62,787 nt of DNA from NCBI GenBank assembly GCA_002498985.1, contig DAJO01000042.1, positions 1-62,787 of the forward strand. Direction: 5' to 3'. This DNA is from Euryarchaeota archaeon UBA257 (GTDB lineage Archaea; Thermoplasmatota; Poseidoniia; Poseidoniales; Thalassarchaeaceae). Positions 60,337 to 62,787 of the stretch are shown here, piece by piece. The translations under genes and the position numbers were made by a program. Under the pieces are notes generated by a model, which searched no databases, was not told the origin of the DNA, and was given only the letters and a program-made list of their open reading frames with translations. The first letter of the stretch is position 1. Each line of letters begins with the position of its first letter.

Positions 60337-62313
60337 ATGATTCAAGACCCGTGGGCCCTTCATGAAGTCATGGTAAAGGTAGGGGGTTGGTCTTTACCTA
60401 AATCTCGTAGGGATGAACCACCCTATTTTAGCAAGACACAATTGGTCGATGTTTTAGAGCAAGTGGGAGTTCTTTTGGAATTATCAGGTGCAAATGGATT
60501 CAGAGTTCGTGCCTATCAGAATGCTTCAAGGGCTCTATCTTCAATGGAGGAGGATTTGTTTTCAACTATTTCAGAAGACAGATTATTACAAATCAAAGGG
60601 ATTGGAAAAGGTATTGGAGGCCTAATTACTGAATCTGTAATGCAAGGTACTTGGGGTGATATGCAATCGCTATATGATAAAGTACCTCCTGGATTAATTG
60701 AGATAGTTGGAATTCCAGGTTTAGGGCCAAAAAAGGTAAAGTCATTATATGATTCATTAGGTATTGATTCGATTGAATTACTAAAGAAAGCATGTGAATT
60801 AGATCATATTTCATCTCTACCCGGTTTCGGAAAGAAAAGCCAAAACAAAATTTTCGAGGGGATAGATCTTTTAAGACGTTATCAAGGAAGAACAAGAATG
60901 GATGTTGGATTGCTTTACGGTCGCTCTTTGGAGGAAAAAATTTCTTTAATCCAGGGTGTTGAAAAAGCACAACTTGCAGGAAGCGCGCGTCGGAGACGTG
61001 AGACAATAGGGGATCTGGATATTGTTGTCTCTTCATTGGTTGAAAATCATCAGAAAGTGATTCAAAAAATTCTGGGTCTTCCAGGAATAGCAGAAGTAAA
61101 AGGATATGGTGACTCTAAAATTAGTCTGATTCTAGAGCAAGAAATGTTGTCTAATTCAATTGGTAAGGGCTCTTTAGATGAGAAACTTGCAGAGACTCTA
61201 ATGGAGAGGAATAGTGATGCTACAATTGATGCTCAGGTTAGAATAGTTACTCCGGAAACATTCCCTTTTACTCTTGCATATTTTACTGGTTCCAAGGAGC
61301 ATAATATTAGGTTGCGTCAAGAAGCAATTAATCGAGGACTTAGATTAAATGAGTTCGGTTTATTTCCTGAATCTCTAGCCGGTTCATCCATTGGAATGGA
61401 AGCCGCAAAGCATACATTGCTATGCTCTGATGAATCTGAAATTTACAAAAATTTAGATATGCACTGGGTGCCTCCTGAAATGAGAGAAGATATGGGTGAA
61501 ATTGAAGCTGCTTCATTTTCTAAATCATTGCTTCCTGACTTGATTATTCCTGAGGATATCAAAGGTGCTTTTCATAACCATACTGTTTATTCAGATGGAA
61601 GTAACACTCTGGAAGAAATGGCACTGGCAGCACAATCATTAGGTTGGCAATATTTGGGAATCGCAGACCACTCCGAGACATTGAATATTGGTGGAAGAAC
61701 CATTGGTATTCCAAGCGAGATAGTTCCAACTCAGCATAAAGAAATTATTAAACTCAATCAAAAATGGTCTGATGAGGGTGTTGATTTCAGATTATTTCAT
61801 GGTTCTGAATGTGATATATTAGCGGATGGTAAACTAGACTATTCTGATAATGTTCGAAATATTTTTTCTCATGTTGTAGGAAGCATACATGCTTTAGGAA
61901 GTTGGAGGAATAGGGACGAAATTGAAAACACTGAAATGTTAATTAGAGCAATAGAAGACCCTACATTTACTATTTTGGGCCATCCAACAGGAAGAATATT
62001 ACAAGTTAGAGAAGGAATACCAATAGATATGCACGCCGTTATTAGAAGGATGGGGGAATTGAATATTGAAGGTGATCTCAAAGCGATTGAAATTAATGCA
62101 TCCCCGTATCGTCTAGATCTTGATTGGCGTTTGTGTAAGTTTGCAAAAGAACAGAAAGTACCAATCTGTATTAACCCGGATGCTCATGATGTTAATGGAC
62201 TAAATGATGTATGGTACGGTGTACAAATTGCACGCAAAGGATGGCTTGAGAGTTCAGATATTCTAAACACAAAGTCAGGTGCTGAAATTGAATCTCTATT
62301 CGATGTTCGATAA
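60337..62313 (+). CDS. polX: DNA polymerase X family / PHP 3'-5' exonuclease
   Basis: FRVRAY, GIGKGI, GLGPKK, AGSARR, GDLD, YFTGSKEHN, PPEMRE; PHP motifs HNHT, DHS, ECDI, HPTGR, DAH. Confidence 0.93.
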   Translation: MIQDPWALHEVMVKVGGWSLPKSRRDEPPYFSKTQLVDVLEQVGVLLELSGANGFRVRAYQNASRALSSMEEDLFSTISEDRLLQIKGIGKGIGGLITESVMQGTWGDMQSLYDKVPPGLIEIVGIPGLGPKKVKSLYDSLGIDSIELLKKACELDHISSLPGFGKKSQNKIFEGIDLLRRYQGRTRMDVGLLYGRSLEEKISLIQGVEKAQLAGSARRRRETIGDLDIVVSSLVENHQKVIQKILGLPGIAEVKGYGDSKISLILEQEMLSNSIGKGSLDEKLAETLMERNSDATIDAQVRIVTPETFPFTLAYFTGSKEHNIRLRQEAINRGLRLNEFGLFPESLAGSSIGMEAAKHTLLCSDESEIYKNLDMHWVPPEMREDMGEIEAASFSKSLLPDLIIPEDIKGAFHNHTVYSDGSNTLEEMALAAQSLGWQYLGIADHSETLNIGGRTIGIPSEIVPTQHKEIIKLNQKWSDEGVDFRLFHGSECDILADGKLDYSDNVRNIFSHVVGSIHALGSWRNRDEIENTEMLIRAIEDPTFTILGHPTGRILQVREGIPIDMHAVIRRMGELNIEGDLKAIEINASPYRLDLDWRLCKFAKEQKVPICINPDAHDVNGLNDVWYGVQIARKGWLESSDILNTKSGAEIESLFDVR

Positions 62314-62552
62314 TGTTCATCATCAAGAATCCTTTCGACAATAATATGAGTGTCACAAGGGGGTTAATTTTTTCTTTAGTTTCAATTATTCCTGCTATGA
62401 TTTTAGGTCTAGTATCTTACATAATTTTAGGAGGTGTAACAAGTTCTCCTGAAGGCTCTGATTTCATGTATGGTCCATGTTATGGAGTTCCATTTTCTAT
62501 AATTATTATATCATTTATCTACGGTTTGAAAGAACAGCCGGAGTTGGAATAA
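62313..62552 (+). CDS. Small 2-TM membrane protein
   Basis: 79-aa ORF translationally coupled (TAATG) on both sides. Confidence 0.6.
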   Translation: MFIIKNPFDNNMSVTRGLIFSLVSIIPAMILGLVSYIILGGVTSSPEGSDFMYGPCYGVPFSIIIISFIYGLKEQPELE

Positions 62553-62787
62553 TGAAACGTTCTGATAAGGCAGATAAAATTGGTCAAATTTTGGATGATT
62601 TATACCCTACTCAACCAATTCCTCTTGATCATAAAGACGCATATACATTACTTGTTGCAGTCATGTTATCCGCCCAAACAACGGATAAGAAAGTGAATGA
62701 AGTCACACCCAATCTTTTCTCACGAGCTGATAATCCTGAAAAAATGTCAAGACTAAATGTAGATGAAATTCATGAGATAATTCGTGA
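62552..62787 (+). CDS. nth: Endonuclease III, 3'-truncated by the window (not in the ORF track)
   Basis: Manual translation MKRSDKADKIGQILDDLYPTQPIPLDHKDAYTLLVAVMLSAQTTDKKVNEVTP; the LSAQTTD..VN motif is diagnostic. Confidence 0.92.
   Translation, partial: MKRSDKADKIGQILDDLYPTQPIPLDHKDAYTLLVAVMLSAQTTDKKVNEVTPNLFSRADNPEKMSRLNVDEIHEIIR

Overview
A dense, AT-rich archaeal chromosome segment with about 51 protein genes and one tRNA-Leu(TAG). I found no CRISPR array, integrase or transposase. The gene set includes archaeal Gar1, AroA'/AroB'/GHMP-type AroK, RibL, a PGF-CTERM protein and GGTGA ribosome-binding sites. It also has bacterial-type GpsA and riboflavin synthase, acidic surface proteins and S8 proteases. 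Together these suggest Marine Group II Euryarchaeota (Ca. Poseidoniales); this is inference. The best candidate for a new system is at 10046-14160. The substrate-binding lipoprotein of an apparent PhnDCE-type ABC importer is a two-lobed transferrin homologue that keeps all four Fe3+ ligands (Asp/Tyr/Tyr/His) and the SCHTG anion loop in both lobes. Its promoter is bracketed by two DtxR/MntR-type operators (TTTAGG-N4-CCTAAA), with a third before the ATPase. This points to a metal-regulated archaeal transferrin-ABC iron uptake system. Other highlights are a Gar1 fused to two RanBP2-type zinc fingers and an hcrCAB-like molybdoenzyme with nearby maturation genes. There is also a 7-copy 14-bp motif array in the only large intergenic gap, a CG element about 37 nt upstream of most operon-leading starts, a Zn-ribbon-E1 alpha/beta fusion, and a PolX lacking its third catalytic Asp. 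All family calls come from motif recognition by eye; no searches were run.
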